21,790 nt of DNA from Candidatus Oleincola secundus (GCA_018400815.1 JAGYLS010000023.1:1-21790), one strand, 5' to 3'. Positions 1 through 7,919 are shown, counted from the stretch's first letter. Numbers and translations are program-made. The notes: generated by a model not told the origin, from the letters alone.

Positions 1-49
1 CACTATAAGTAAAACAATTAAGAAGGTGGAAAGCGAAGAAGGAAACTGA
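1..49 (+). mobile_element. 3' end of a RAYT/Y1-type transposase-like ORF (C-terminal HTH), running in from the left edge
   Basis: Frame 2 reads TISKTIKKVESEEGN* (TGA 47-49), followed by TATTTCAAGACCTGA. Aligns at DNA level with the remnant at 1481-1541. Family assignment is from recall of RAYT C-termini (..HYTTVSKIIK..) and their downstream GACCTGACCCC motif. Confidence 0.5.
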
Positions 50-64
50 TATTTCAAGACCTGA
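43..64 (+). repeat. 22-bp direct repeat copy 1 (AAACTGATATTTCAAGACCTGA)
   Basis: 21/22 identical to 1520-1541. Confidence 0.85.
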
Positions 65-123
65 TTCTGTGTATTGCACTTGAATAAAATTAAAAGAATT
101 AAAGATATTTAAGGAGAATAGAA

Positions 124-585
124 ATGGGAAAAATTGAAGAAAAAATTAAGTCTATTGGTATTAATCTTCCGGAAACACCCAAACCCATTGGTTCTTATGT
201 GCCTTGTGTTCAAACAGGTAAATTAGTTTATACCTCTGGGCAAGGATGCAAAAGAGCTGGTCAGCTGATTTATCAGGGAAAATTAGGAAAAGATATTACT
301 ATCGAGGAGGGTTATGGCGCTGCAAAAATTGCTATTATCAATGCTTTGGCTATACTGCAGGGACATTTAGGCAGTTTAGATAAGATCAAAAGAGTTGTTA
401 AGCTATTGGGATTTGTGGCTTGTGTTCCGGAATTTGACCAGCAACCAAAGGTTATCAATGGTGCATCAGACCTCTTGCTGGAAATTTTTGGTGAAAAAGG
501 TCAACATGCTCGTTCAGCAATTGGAACTAACGCGCTTCCATCCAATATGCCTGTAGAAATTGAAATGATTGTCGAAGTGGAATAG
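124..585 (+). CDS. RidA/YjgF/YER057c/UK114 family protein (Rid1-like enamine/imine deaminase)
   Basis: Motifs SYVP..QTGKLVYTSGQ, VINGASDLL, HARSAIG (catalytic Arg) and LPSNMPVEIE. RBS AAGGAG at 111-116. Confidence 0.9.
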   Translation: MGKIEEKIKSIGINLPETPKPIGSYVPCVQTGKLVYTSGQGCKRAGQLIYQGKLGKDITIEEGYGAAKIAIINALAILQGHLGSLDKIKRVVKLLGFVACVPEFDQQPKVINGASDLLLEIFGEKGQHARSAIGTNALPSNMPVEIEMIVEVE

Positions 586-619
586 AACACAATGATAAAG
601 TTGATTTTGTGGAAATGAT

Positions 620-697
620 ATGGATAGAACGAAGAAATTTTGGAATAAAGAAGCTAAGAACTATGATAAGCAGGTTAATGAAAAATATAGAAAATAA
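620..697 (+). pseudogene. Truncated 5' fragment resembling a class I SAM-dependent methyltransferase
   Basis: Reads MDRTKKFWNKEAKNYDKQVNEKYRK*. The FW.x.A..YD pattern is typical of methyltransferase N-termini. It stops just before the 3' end of the TA module. Confidence 0.5.
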
Positions 698-719
698 AAG
701 GGACAGTTTTTTCTGATAT

Positions 720-1052
720 TTAGTTCTTTATAATTTCAATTAATCTATCAAGAATTTCATCGAATTTTTTATCTTTTAGGCTGGCAGCCTTATAAAGAAC
801 AATATGCCTATCTGCGGTAAAAATACGGTTTGGTCTGATATTGCTTACTCGTTTTAATTCTCCTGTTTTAAAATCTTTATCGTCAATTTGGATAGCATAA
901 TTATCTTTAACATTCTGGCTGGTTATCTGACAGAGAATAATATCATCTCCATTTAATACAGAGATAATTAGCGCAGGGCGCCTTTTGTTCTGGGTAAGGT
1001 CAGAGAACGGGAAGGGAATAATTACGATATCTCCTTTTACAAATTTTGCCAT
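720..1052 (-). CDS. mazF: PemK/MazF family mRNA interferase toxin
   Basis: KGDIVIIPFPFSD...KRRPALIIS...ILCQITS; 110 aa; overlaps the upstream antitoxin by 16 bp. Confidence 0.9.
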   Translation of the reverse strand: MAKFVKGDIVIIPFPFSDLTQNKRRPALIISVLNGDDIILCQITSQNVKDNYAIQIDDKDFKTGELKRVSNIRPNRIFTADRHIVLYKAASLKDKKFDEILDRLIEIIKN

Positions 1053-1231
1053 GCTTCATCTTCTTCCGGCTTTAGCCAATCCTTTCCAAGGGAGGTTTCA
1101 CTTGCAATTGTTATATGCATTTTTTCTTTTATATTTTTTGTCTTTAAAAATCTAATAAAGTCCAAAACCTCATCAAGGTATGGTTCAGGGACTTGTTCGA
1201 TCTCTTTTAAAAGTATATCTTTTTTACTCAT
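1037..1231 (-). CDS. DUF2281-like antitoxin
   Basis: EIEQVPEPYLDEVLDFIRFLK...ASETSLGKDWLKPEEDEAWQNL; acidic C-terminus; directly upstream of the toxin; RBS AGGTGG on the minus strand. Confidence 0.8.
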   Translation of the reverse strand: MSKKDILLKEIEQVPEPYLDEVLDFIRFLKTKNIKEKMHITIASETSLGKDWLKPEEDEAWQNL

Positions 1232-1264
1232 AGCCCACCTTCTACTTATAACTAATTTATTTAA

Positions 1265-1273
1265 ATTATAACA
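1265..1273 (-). promoter_or_regulatory. Extended -10 promoter (TGnTATAAT) of the TA operon
   Basis: Minus strand reads TGTTATAAT about 34 nt upstream of the antitoxin ATG. Confidence 0.5.
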
Positions 1274-1401
1274 TATATTTATTATAAAAAAAGTTTAATA
1301 GACTCAAATAAAAAAATGGGAAAAGATGCAAAATTCATGGAGTCGAGCTCTAGAGTCTATGATATAGGAGATGGTTGTACTAGCTCAGACAAACAATAAA
1401 G

Positions 1402-1545
1402 AGAAATGAAAATACACCAGGCTAACCAAGAGTATGCTATAATCCACAAGAGATTTAGCAATATCCTGGTTTGTATTATACACCTGCAAGTAAGATAATA
1501 AAAAAGCTGAAAATGAAGTAAACTGATAATTCAAGACCTGACCCC
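1402..1545 (+). pseudogene. Degraded 3' remnant of a RAYT-like transposase plus terminal TTCAAGACCTGACCCC motif
   Basis: With frameshifts reads RNE/KIHQANQEY/YNPQEI*QYPGLYYTPASKIIK/AENEVN*, resembling the RAYT C-terminal HTH (..YGYTLKEIAEYLGIHYTTVSKIIK). Homologous to 1-64. Confidence 0.55.
1520..1541 (+). repeat. 22-bp direct repeat copy 2 (AAACTGATAATTCAAGACCTGA, then CCCC)
   Basis: 21/22 identical to 43-64. Confidence 0.85.
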
Positions 1546-1639
1546 ATATATTTTGCTTTAGCATGATGCTGAAGGCTATTTTTTGAATATTTTTTTCAGA
1601 ATTGAGGAATAGGTAGTAATTTTCTGGTAAAATTTAAAT

Positions 1640-1711
1640 ATGAATAAAGAAATTTCTGATTATATTAATCACCAGAAATCAGCGCAAAAAAATTTGTCAG
1701 AAATTAAGTAG
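1640..1711 (+). pseudogene. 5' fragment resembling a DUF1801 (YdhG-like) protein
   Basis: MNKEISDYINHQKSAQK, then after a frameshift in the A-run ICQKL. Matches the recalled N-terminus pattern (V..YI..Q.SPQKEIC.KLR). Confidence 0.45.
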
Positions 1712-1839
1712 AAAAATTGATAAACGAGAAACAAAAAAACCGGATTAAAACTAAACTTAAGTAATATACAAATTTTTTGCTTAAGTTAATGTTGGAAAAC
1801 GAAAAATTAGAAGATAATAATTGAAAGGAGGGTTGAAAC

Positions 1840-2028
1840 ATGCCTATTTTACAGGTAGAAATGCTTAAAGGAAGAACGATAGAACAGAAAAGGAATATGG
1901 TTAAGAAAGTTACCGATGCGGTTACAGAAACCCTGGACTGCCCTAAAGAAGCTGTACGTATTATTATTAGGGAAATGGAATTAGAAAATTTTGCCAGTGC
2001 AGGAGTTCTAAGGGCTGACAATGAATAA
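1840..2028 (+). CDS. 4-oxalocrotonate tautomerase family protein (2-hydroxymuconate tautomerase)
   Basis: 62 aa; after Met removal has Pro1, Arg11, Arg39 and Phe50, the 4-OT catalytic set. RBS AAGGAGG. Confidence 0.92.
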   Translation: MPILQVEMLKGRTIEQKRNMVKKVTDAVTETLDCPKEAVRIIIREMELENFASAGVLRADNE

Positions 2029-2359
2029 AAAAATTATCTTATTTATTATAATAATCGCTCTGGGGGTATTTGCCTGGTCATATTTTTCAAATCCAGAAAC
2101 AAAGGAAGATGGGGATAGCAATGCTTTTATCTTTGACTGTCCTTCAGGAGTAGAGATAAAAATCAGCTATGATAAAGAAAGTGATTCAGCTAGTTTGTTT
2201 ATTGAGGGTGAAGAGTATAAAATTCACCGGGTAATAAGTGCATCAGGAGCAAGATATGCAAATGATGATGAAACAGTTGTTTTTTGGGAACACCAGGGAG
2301 AAGCAATGGTGGAGATTAAAGGAGAAACAATGTATCAGGAATGCAAACTTATAGAATAA
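2021..2359 (+). CDS. MliC/PliC family lysozyme-inhibitor domain protein, N-terminally anchored or secreted
   Basis: Hydrophobic N-terminus; motifs SASGARY and FWEHQGEA; two Cys for the family disulfide; overlaps the 4-OT stop by 8 bp. Confidence 0.8.
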   Translation: MNKKIILFIIIIALGVFAWSYFSNPETKEDGDSNAFIFDCPSGVEIKISYDKESDSASLFIEGEEYKIHRVISASGARYANDDETVVFWEHQGEAMVEIKGETMYQECKLIE

Positions 2360-2545
2360 GGCAATATTTATTATTTATTGGATAACAATTTTAGTGTATT
2401 TGTTAATACCCGGGCGCCTTTTTCTATATCATCTCAATTAGTCCACTTTTGTTGTAGAATAAGATTATACTTTTTGGTTTATCTTATTCGGCAGGCAAAT
2501 TAATTTATTTTTAATATTTTAATAAATGCAGTTAGGGGATAAAAG

Positions 2546-2875
2546 ATGTTTTCCAAAAGAATGAAAATATGTATTGTATTAGGTACTATTTTGGGAGTGG
2601 TTTGTATTATAGGAGCTTTAATCAGGTCCGGTTTTCAAAGTGATACTTTCTTCTTATTTGCTTTGTGGTACAATCGGCTGATTATGGGAATAATGATTGG
2701 ACTGTCTAGCCGAAGCAGAGATTTACTAAAAGCGGTTGGCAGAGGTGCTCTTTTTGGTTTGCTTGTATCTTTTGCTTTTTACGCCTCCACCGGTTTTAGT
2801 GACATGGTGAGTTTTCTGGCTGGTATTATATACGGGATAATAATAGAGACATTTGCATTTAAATACGAAGATTGA
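2546..2875 (+). CDS. Small multi-pass membrane protein, unknown function
   Basis: 109 aa with about four hydrophobic segments; WYNRLIMG motif; RBS AGGGG. Confidence 0.75.
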   Translation: MFSKRMKICIVLGTILGVVCIIGALIRSGFQSDTFFLFALWYNRLIMGIMIGLSSRSRDLLKAVGRGALFGLLVSFAFYASTGFSDMVSFLAGIIYGIIIETFAFKYED

Positions 2876-2981
2876 GGAGTAATTAGTTACGATTTATGAT
2901 AAGAAAACTTCTGACATTCAAAATATTCTGTTATAAAAATTTTGCATGAGTTGATTCGGAAAATAAGAACCATGGATATAA

Positions 2982-3204
2982 AAAATTAAAGATATTGCTT
3001 TCCTGTTGATGTTTATTTGTCTGCTATTGGGATGGGAAATATGAAAAAGTTGGCGGTTACTTATTTATAATATCTTTATTAATGGGATTTATTGTACCCA
3101 TATTTATTGGACAGAATTCGGGGATACATTTAATAGTACCTTTTATTGCCGGAATTTTATATTTGATGGTTGAGTATAGTAAAGAGATGTGCTTTATAAA
3201 ATGA
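2982..3204 (+). pseudogene. Frameshifted small membrane-protein pseudogene
   Basis: KIKDIAFLLMFICLLLGW, frameshift at about 3033-3037, then KYEKVGGYLFIISLLMGFIVPIFIGQNSGIHLIVPFIAGILYLMVEYSKEMCFIK*. In-frame stop at 2979-2981 upstream. Confidence 0.5.
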
Positions 3205-3229
3205 GAGAGTAAAAGAAGGAGAGTCATCG

Positions 3230-4519
3230 ATGGTAAATTATAAAACCAGTCGGGAGTTTGCAATAGAATTAGATAAAAAAGATTCCCTTAATGTTTTTCG
3301 GGAAAGATTTTACCTTTTACCTGCCAAGATTTACATGGACGGAAATTCCCTTGGTCTTCTATCTAGGGATGCTGAAAAATCGTTACTTAAGCTGCTTGAT
3401 CAGTGGAAGAAACTGGGTATTGATGGCTGGCTGCAGGCAGAAAATCCCTGGTTTTATTATGCTGAAAAGCTGGGTGCTCAAATGGCTAGCCTGATAGGGG
3501 CAAAACCGGAAGAAGTCATCATTACCTCATCCACTACCGTTAATCTTCATTCCCTGGTAGGCACTTTTTATCAGCCTGTTGGTAAAAGGAGAAAAATTTT
3601 AGCCGATGAGCTTAATTTTCCTTCCGATATTTATGCATTGAGCAGCCAGATTAAGCTGAAAGGATTTAATCCGAAGGAAAACCTGGTATTGGTTAAAAGT
3701 AGAAATGGCCGATTTTTAAGGGAAGAAGATATTGTTGAGATGATGAGTGAAGAGATTGCTCTTATTTTATTGCCTTCGGTTCTTTATCGCAGTGGACAAT
3801 TATTGGATATGGAGTATCTATCCAATGAAGCAATAAAGAGGAGAATTATGATTGGTTTTGACTGCAGTCATTCTGCGGGAGCCATGCCTCATTATTTTGA
3901 TCAATGGGGGATAGATTTTGCTTTCTGGTGTCATTATAAATATATGAACAATGGTCCTGGTGGTGTAGCTGGTCTTTATATTAATGAAAAATATTTAAAA
4001 TCCCAGGCTGCACTGACTGGCTGGTGGGGTTACCGAAAAGATAAACAATTTGATATGTCTTTGACTTTTGAAAAAGCCAACAATGCCGGCGGATGGCAAA
4101 TTGGCACCCCTCATCTGCTGAGCATGGCACCATTGGAAGGTTCATTAAAAATCTTTCAGGAGGCAGGAATCAATAATGTACGGGAAAAATCCTTGCAGCT
4201 TACCGGTTACATGATTGGCCTGTTAGACAGGAAAGGTTTGACTAAAAAACCTTATAATTACCAAATTGGTAGTCCGGTGGAAGAAAAAAGACGTGGTGGA
4301 CATGTTGCTGTGGAGCATCCGGAGGCGGCAAGGATTAACAAAGCCTTAAAAGACAGGGGCATTATCCCTGATTTTCGTTACCCAAATATCATCCGGTTTG
4401 CACCTGTGGCTCTTTATAATACTTTTGAAGATGTCTGGCAGGTCGTTCAGGCATTGCAGGACATTATTGATAATGTGGAGTACAAGAACTATGATGAAAT
4501 TAGAGAGTCTGTAACATAA
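3230..4519 (+). CDS. kynU: Kynureninase (PLP-dependent)
   Basis: Motifs IYMDGNSLG, NFPSDIY, DCSHSAG, WCHYKYMNNGPG (PLP Lys), GWWG, RRGGHVA, PDFR.P.IIRFAP.ALYN. RBS AAGGAG. Confidence 0.95.
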   Translation: MVNYKTSREFAIELDKKDSLNVFRERFYLLPAKIYMDGNSLGLLSRDAEKSLLKLLDQWKKLGIDGWLQAENPWFYYAEKLGAQMASLIGAKPEEVIITSSTTVNLHSLVGTFYQPVGKRRKILADELNFPSDIYALSSQIKLKGFNPKENLVLVKSRNGRFLREEDIVEMMSEEIALILLPSVLYRSGQLLDMEYLSNEAIKRRIMIGFDCSHSAGAMPHYFDQWGIDFAFWCHYKYMNNGPGGVAGLYINEKYLKSQAALTGWWGYRKDKQFDMSLTFEKANNAGGWQIGTPHLLSMAPLEGSLKIFQEAGINNVREKSLQLTGYMIGLLDRKGLTKKPYNYQIGSPVEEKRRGGHVAVEHPEAARINKALKDRGIIPDFRYPNIIRFAPVALYNTFEDVWQVVQALQDIIDNVEYKNYDEIRESVT

Positions 4520-4542
4520 ATAGATACTTATTCACTTATGAG

Positions 4543-4595
4543 TTTATTTAACCATAAAAAATCACCTTCTAAGAAGGTGGTAAGGGTTAAATAAA
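4543..4595 (+). terminator. Long imperfect hairpin downstream of kynU
   Basis: TTTATTTAACC(4543-4553)/GGTTAAATAAA(4585-4595) encloses ATCACCTTC-TAA-GAAGGTGGT. Lies between convergent genes. Confidence 0.5.
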
Positions 4596-4792
4596 ATGGT
4601 TTTACCATAAAAAGATTAAGAGTAGCTAGATGACAATTTTTCACCTGGAGTACAAAGTTGGAAGTACGATTGCTTAAGAAATATTATAGCTAAAGTTCAA
4701 TAAAAAATCGAAAGAAAAAGAGATAAAAAGTATCAAAAAAGTTACACCTTTTTTAGAGGTTCTTAAAGCCACCAGCTATGCGGGTGCGATAT

Positions 4793-5338
4793 TTACTTGT
4801 ACCGGTTATAACTTCTTATTTCATTCAATTCTTTTCGTTTCTTCGGGCGGATTTCATTGGATTGCGGGTAACCCATGGTAACAATTAGTTCAATATTTTT
4901 AGATTGTGGAATATTTAACAGCTTTTTTACTCCGGTCTCATCGAACCATCCTAAAATACAGGTGCCTAATCCTTCTTCAGTTGCCTGGAGACAAATATTC
5001 TCAACGGCGATTCCAGCATCGATTAAATTAAACTGTTTATTCTTAATTGCTCTTCCAATTTTATTGATAATTCCTTTGTTTTCCGAAATTACTATTATCA
5101 AAACAGGAGCCTGCAGAGAAAAACGATTAAAAGAGACAATTTTATTGAAAGTTTTTCTGGCTACTTTATCTTTTAACTCCGGGTCATCTATTACAATAAA
5201 TTGCCATGGTTGAGCATTTCTGGCAGAAGGAGCAAGTCGCCCGGCTTCGAGGCATCTTTCAATTATTTCACGCTGGACAGTTTTGTCCTGATATGCTCTT
5301 ACACTTTGTCTGTTTCTTGCTAAATCTAAAAATTTCAT
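4793..5338 (-). CDS. Nitroreductase family FMN-dependent oxidoreductase
   Basis: RQSVRAY, LAPSARNAQPWQF, IDAGIAVENICLQATEEGLGTCILG, GYP. The ATG at 5338 (MKFLDL) with AAGGT upstream is preferred over the TTG at 5365. Confidence 0.92.
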   Translation of the reverse strand: MKFLDLARNRQSVRAYQDKTVQREIIERCLEAGRLAPSARNAQPWQFIVIDDPELKDKVARKTFNKIVSFNRFSLQAPVLIIVISENKGIINKIGRAIKNKQFNLIDAGIAVENICLQATEEGLGTCILGWFDETGVKKLLNIPQSKNIELIVTMGYPQSNEIRPKKRKELNEIRSYNRYK

Positions 5339-5594
5339 CTTTTTTACCTTTATATTATATTGCAAAATTGAAAGAAAAACTATTTCTGATTTGTAGATTA
5401 CTGGAATATAGAATAATCTAAACAGCCAGGATAGTCAAATTTAACTTATCTGTTTGTTCCCGGGTAGTTATATATAATTCAATACTACAAAAATTTTAAA
5501 ATAATTTTAATTTGATTGAAAGAAAATTACCACTTCCTGCGTATTACTAGGTAGAAGCAATAAAATACAAAACGAAATCGGAGGAAAGAAAGAG

Positions 5595-5966
5595 ATGAGG
5601 AATTCAGGTAATTATAAAAAAGCAGGAATTGTTTTACTGGTTATACTACTGGTGGTAGGATTATTCGCTACTATGAGTCTTGCCCAGAATAATGGTAACG
5701 CAGGAGGCAAGAACGGTTTTTCTAAGGGAGATATCAGTGCTGCAGGACCGGGTAGCGGCAGAGGCGGCTATAGACAGGATGCTCCAGATGATGACGGAGA
5801 TGGTACCCCAAACGGTTGGGATAATGATTATACTGCTGATTGTAACTGTGAATGCTGTTTAGCAGATGATGACGGAGACGGTATCCCAAACTGTCAGGTC
5901 GATGATTATGAAGGAGATTGCGCCTGTGCAGGAGAACCCAAGGGTAATCAATGGGGCAAACAATAG
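5595..5966 (+). CDS. Secreted Gly/Asp/Cys-rich protein with two thrombospondin-type-3-like DDDGDGxPN repeats
   Basis: Signal peptide ending ..ATMSLA|Q; DDDGDGTPNG and DDDGDGIPNC; RBS GAGG; followed by a strong terminator. Confidence 0.8.
   Translation: MRNSGNYKKAGIVLLVILLVVGLFATMSLAQNNGNAGGKNGFSKGDISAAGPGSGRGGYRQDAPDDDGDGTPNGWDNDYTADCNCECCLADDDGDGIPNCQVDDYEGDCACAGEPKGNQWGKQ
5785..5891 (+). repeat. Intragenic 29-bp direct repeat, 78-bp period (5785-5813, 5863-5891)
   Basis: CAGATGATGACGGAGATGGTACCCCAAAC vs CAGATGATGACGGAGACGGTATCCCAAAC (27/29). Confidence 0.85.
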
Positions 5967-6012
5967 TATCGTTGAAGAATTACGAAATATTCTCCTTAAT
6001 TAAATAAAAATA

Positions 6013-6054
6013 GAAAATTCCCTCTTTTTGTAAATAAAGGAGAGGGAATTTTTC
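6013..6054. terminator. Probable bidirectional intrinsic terminator
   Basis: AAAATTCCCTCTTTTT-loop-AAGGAGAGGGAATTTT with A-tract and T-tract flanks, between convergent genes. Confidence 0.75.
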
Positions 6055-6254
6055 TTATAAATGCTTGATTTTTATATTGAATATAATATTGATAATAGAA
6101 AATTTTGCTTACTTGGACATGCGCCTTGCTGCTTCTATAGCCATGTCACTTAGCATTAATTTTTAAATTTTTACTTATTTACTACCAGAGAGAAGGATTA
6201 GAATATAGATGAACGGGAAGTAGGAGAATCTGCCAGAGAATTTTCTAAGGTACT

Positions 6255-6695
6255 TTAGTCCGTTTGTTTTATTGATTCAATTCCTTTGAGTAATATTTCG
6301 GCTGATTTTAGATTGGTTGCCAAAGGTATATTGTGAATGTCACAAACTTTTAGAAGAGCGGCAATATCAGGATCATGAGGCTGTTTGGCCAGGGGATCCC
6401 TTAAGAAGATAACCAAATCCACTTCTTTACTGGCTACTAAGCCCCCAATTTGTAAGTCCCCTCCAACTGGTCCTGATAGCATTTGAACTACCGAGAGGTT
6501 AGTACGTTCATTAATTAATTGTCCAGTAGATTTTGTCGCAATCATGTTACAATTTTTAAAGAATTGCTCGTTTTCCTTGGCAAAAGAAATCATTTCTGCC
6601 TTTTTCCCATCATGAGCAATTAACGCAACGCATAGTCTTGCATCTCTTTTTTTATTTTTTTTAATTGGTACAACGACAGTTTTGTGTTTTTCCAT
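6255..6695 (-). CDS. mgsA: Methylglyoxal synthase
   Basis: [50 protein letters not shown]. Confidence 0.95.
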   Translation of the reverse strand: MEKHKTVVVPIKKNKKRDARLCVALIAHDGKKAEMISFAKENEQFFKNCNMIATKSTGQLINERTNLSVVQMLSGPVGGDLQIGGLVASKEVDLVIFLRDPLAKQPHDPDIAALLKVCDIHNIPLATNLKSAEILLKGIESIKQTD

Positions 6696-6908
6696 TTTAT
6701 TTTAGATAAACCTCCACTATTTAATTTTTACTTGAATTTTATAATAATATCATATTGTTAAATAATGTATAACATTTAAAAATAATATATCTTAGAAAAG
6801 TTAATTTTATATTAAGAAGTGCAGGTTATTTTCTTAACCTCCATTTTTATTTAGAATGAAAATGGCTTAAATCATCTTAACAGCATGAAAATAATATTAA
6901 TAATAAGC

Positions 6909-7658
6909 TTACTTAATTGTTAAAGAGAATTCTGCCACTACTGATGCCCTTATAGTTACCTCGTCAGGTTCGATAGGAGTGGGTGCGCCGGAGAAAGATA
7001 TTTCCCTTTGCAATGTATTGTCCTGAAAACGAAAGGGGGTATAACCTGTTTTTTCTTCTTTGACAGTATGTAATGCTGCAATATTTTCATTTACACTCCT
7101 AGCAATTGCTTTAGCTTTTCGGTATGCTTGTTGGGTGGCCATCTGAAGTGCATGTATCATTAAATCCTGCGGATCTTTTAGTTCAAAGCTGATGTAGTTT
7201 ATATTATTTGCTCCCGATATAACTCCAAGGTCGATAATTTCTCCTACCTTATCCAGCTGAGCTGTTGATACGATTATTTCGTTAGTTGCCTGGTAATAAA
7301 TTAACTCTTTTTCAATATCCGGTTTTTCTCGTGGTAGTTCACGATAACTGTGTAACCTGTATGAGCCGGTTTTTAAATTTTCTTTAGATAAACCAAAATC
7401 CAGTAAAGCTTGTCTAACTGCATTAGCGATCCTTGCATTTTCTTCAACTGCATCATCTGCTAATCTGCTATGTGTTTCGATGGATAAGCTTATTTGTGCG
7501 AGGTCAGGTTGGGATGACAATTCTGCTTCTCCATATGTTTGAATAATTTTCTGTGGTACCGAAGCAGCTGGTGAAGTTTGATTTTGCGCATGTCCACTAA
7601 GTGTTATTGCCATTATCAATACAAAAGTAATAGTAAATAAAACATTTTTTGTTTGCAT
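6909..7658 (-). CDS. SIMPL (DUF541/YggE-like) domain secreted protein
   Basis: Signal peptide; GEAELSSQPDLAQISLSIET; GANNINYISF; AYRKAKAIA; PIEPDEVTIRASV. RBS AGGAGG. Confidence 0.9.
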   Translation of the reverse strand: MQTKNVLFTITFVLIMAITLSGHAQNQTSPAASVPQKIIQTYGEAELSSQPDLAQISLSIETHSRLADDAVEENARIANAVRQALLDFGLSKENLKTGSYRLHSYRELPREKPDIEKELIYYQATNEIIVSTAQLDKVGEIIDLGVISGANNINYISFELKDPQDLMIHALQMATQQAYRKAKAIARSVNENIAALHTVKEEKTGYTPFRFQDNTLQREISFSGAPTPIEPDEVTIRASVVAEFSLTIK

Positions 7659-7919
7659 TTTTCAAGGCCTCCTATCAAAATATACCTGGAATCTATTATT
7701 TTTACATTTAAATCTAAATCAATATTAACCGCTAAGGTAATAAAGATAGTAATCTAAAATATTTTACCATACTTTACATAGAGCATAATAGTATATATTG
7801 GCTAACCAAATAATTTATCCGATCTTTTTGAAGGGAATATCAATAAATGATAAAATATAACAAAATAAAGATTCAGGCTAATTTTTTCTTTTTAAAATTT
7901 AGATAGTGAGATAATAAAT

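Noticed and set aside
1298..1360. ATAGACTC/GAGTCTAT inverted repeat upstream of the TA promoter
   Set aside because: 8-bp arms with a 47-bp spacer; no supporting evidence for an operator or element end.
43..1541. CRISPR array or integron attC interpretation of the 22-bp repeats
   Set aside because: Only two copies 1.5 kb apart, each attached to a coding tail; no regular spacers, cas genes, integrase or attC palindrome.
1704..2021. 105-aa minus-strand ORF
   Set aside because: Antisense shadow of the 4-OT gene; no recognisable family.
3057..3494. ORFs 3057-3263(-) and 3291-3494(+)
   Set aside because: Overlap kynU or the membrane pseudogene in other frames; no motifs.
4875..5862. ORFs 4875-5213, 5206-5421 and 5680-5862
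   Set aside because: Antisense or alternate-frame shadows of the nitroreductase and the secreted protein.
6105..6160. GACATG/CATGTC inverted repeat and minus-strand peptide MLSDMAIEAARRMSK
   Set aside because: Too short to assign to an RNA family or gene remnant.
6841..6865. CCATTTTTATT/AATGAAAATGG hairpin between SIMPL and mgsA
   Set aside because: AT-rich, pairs worse on the transcribed strand and lacks a U-tract there; not a convincing terminator.
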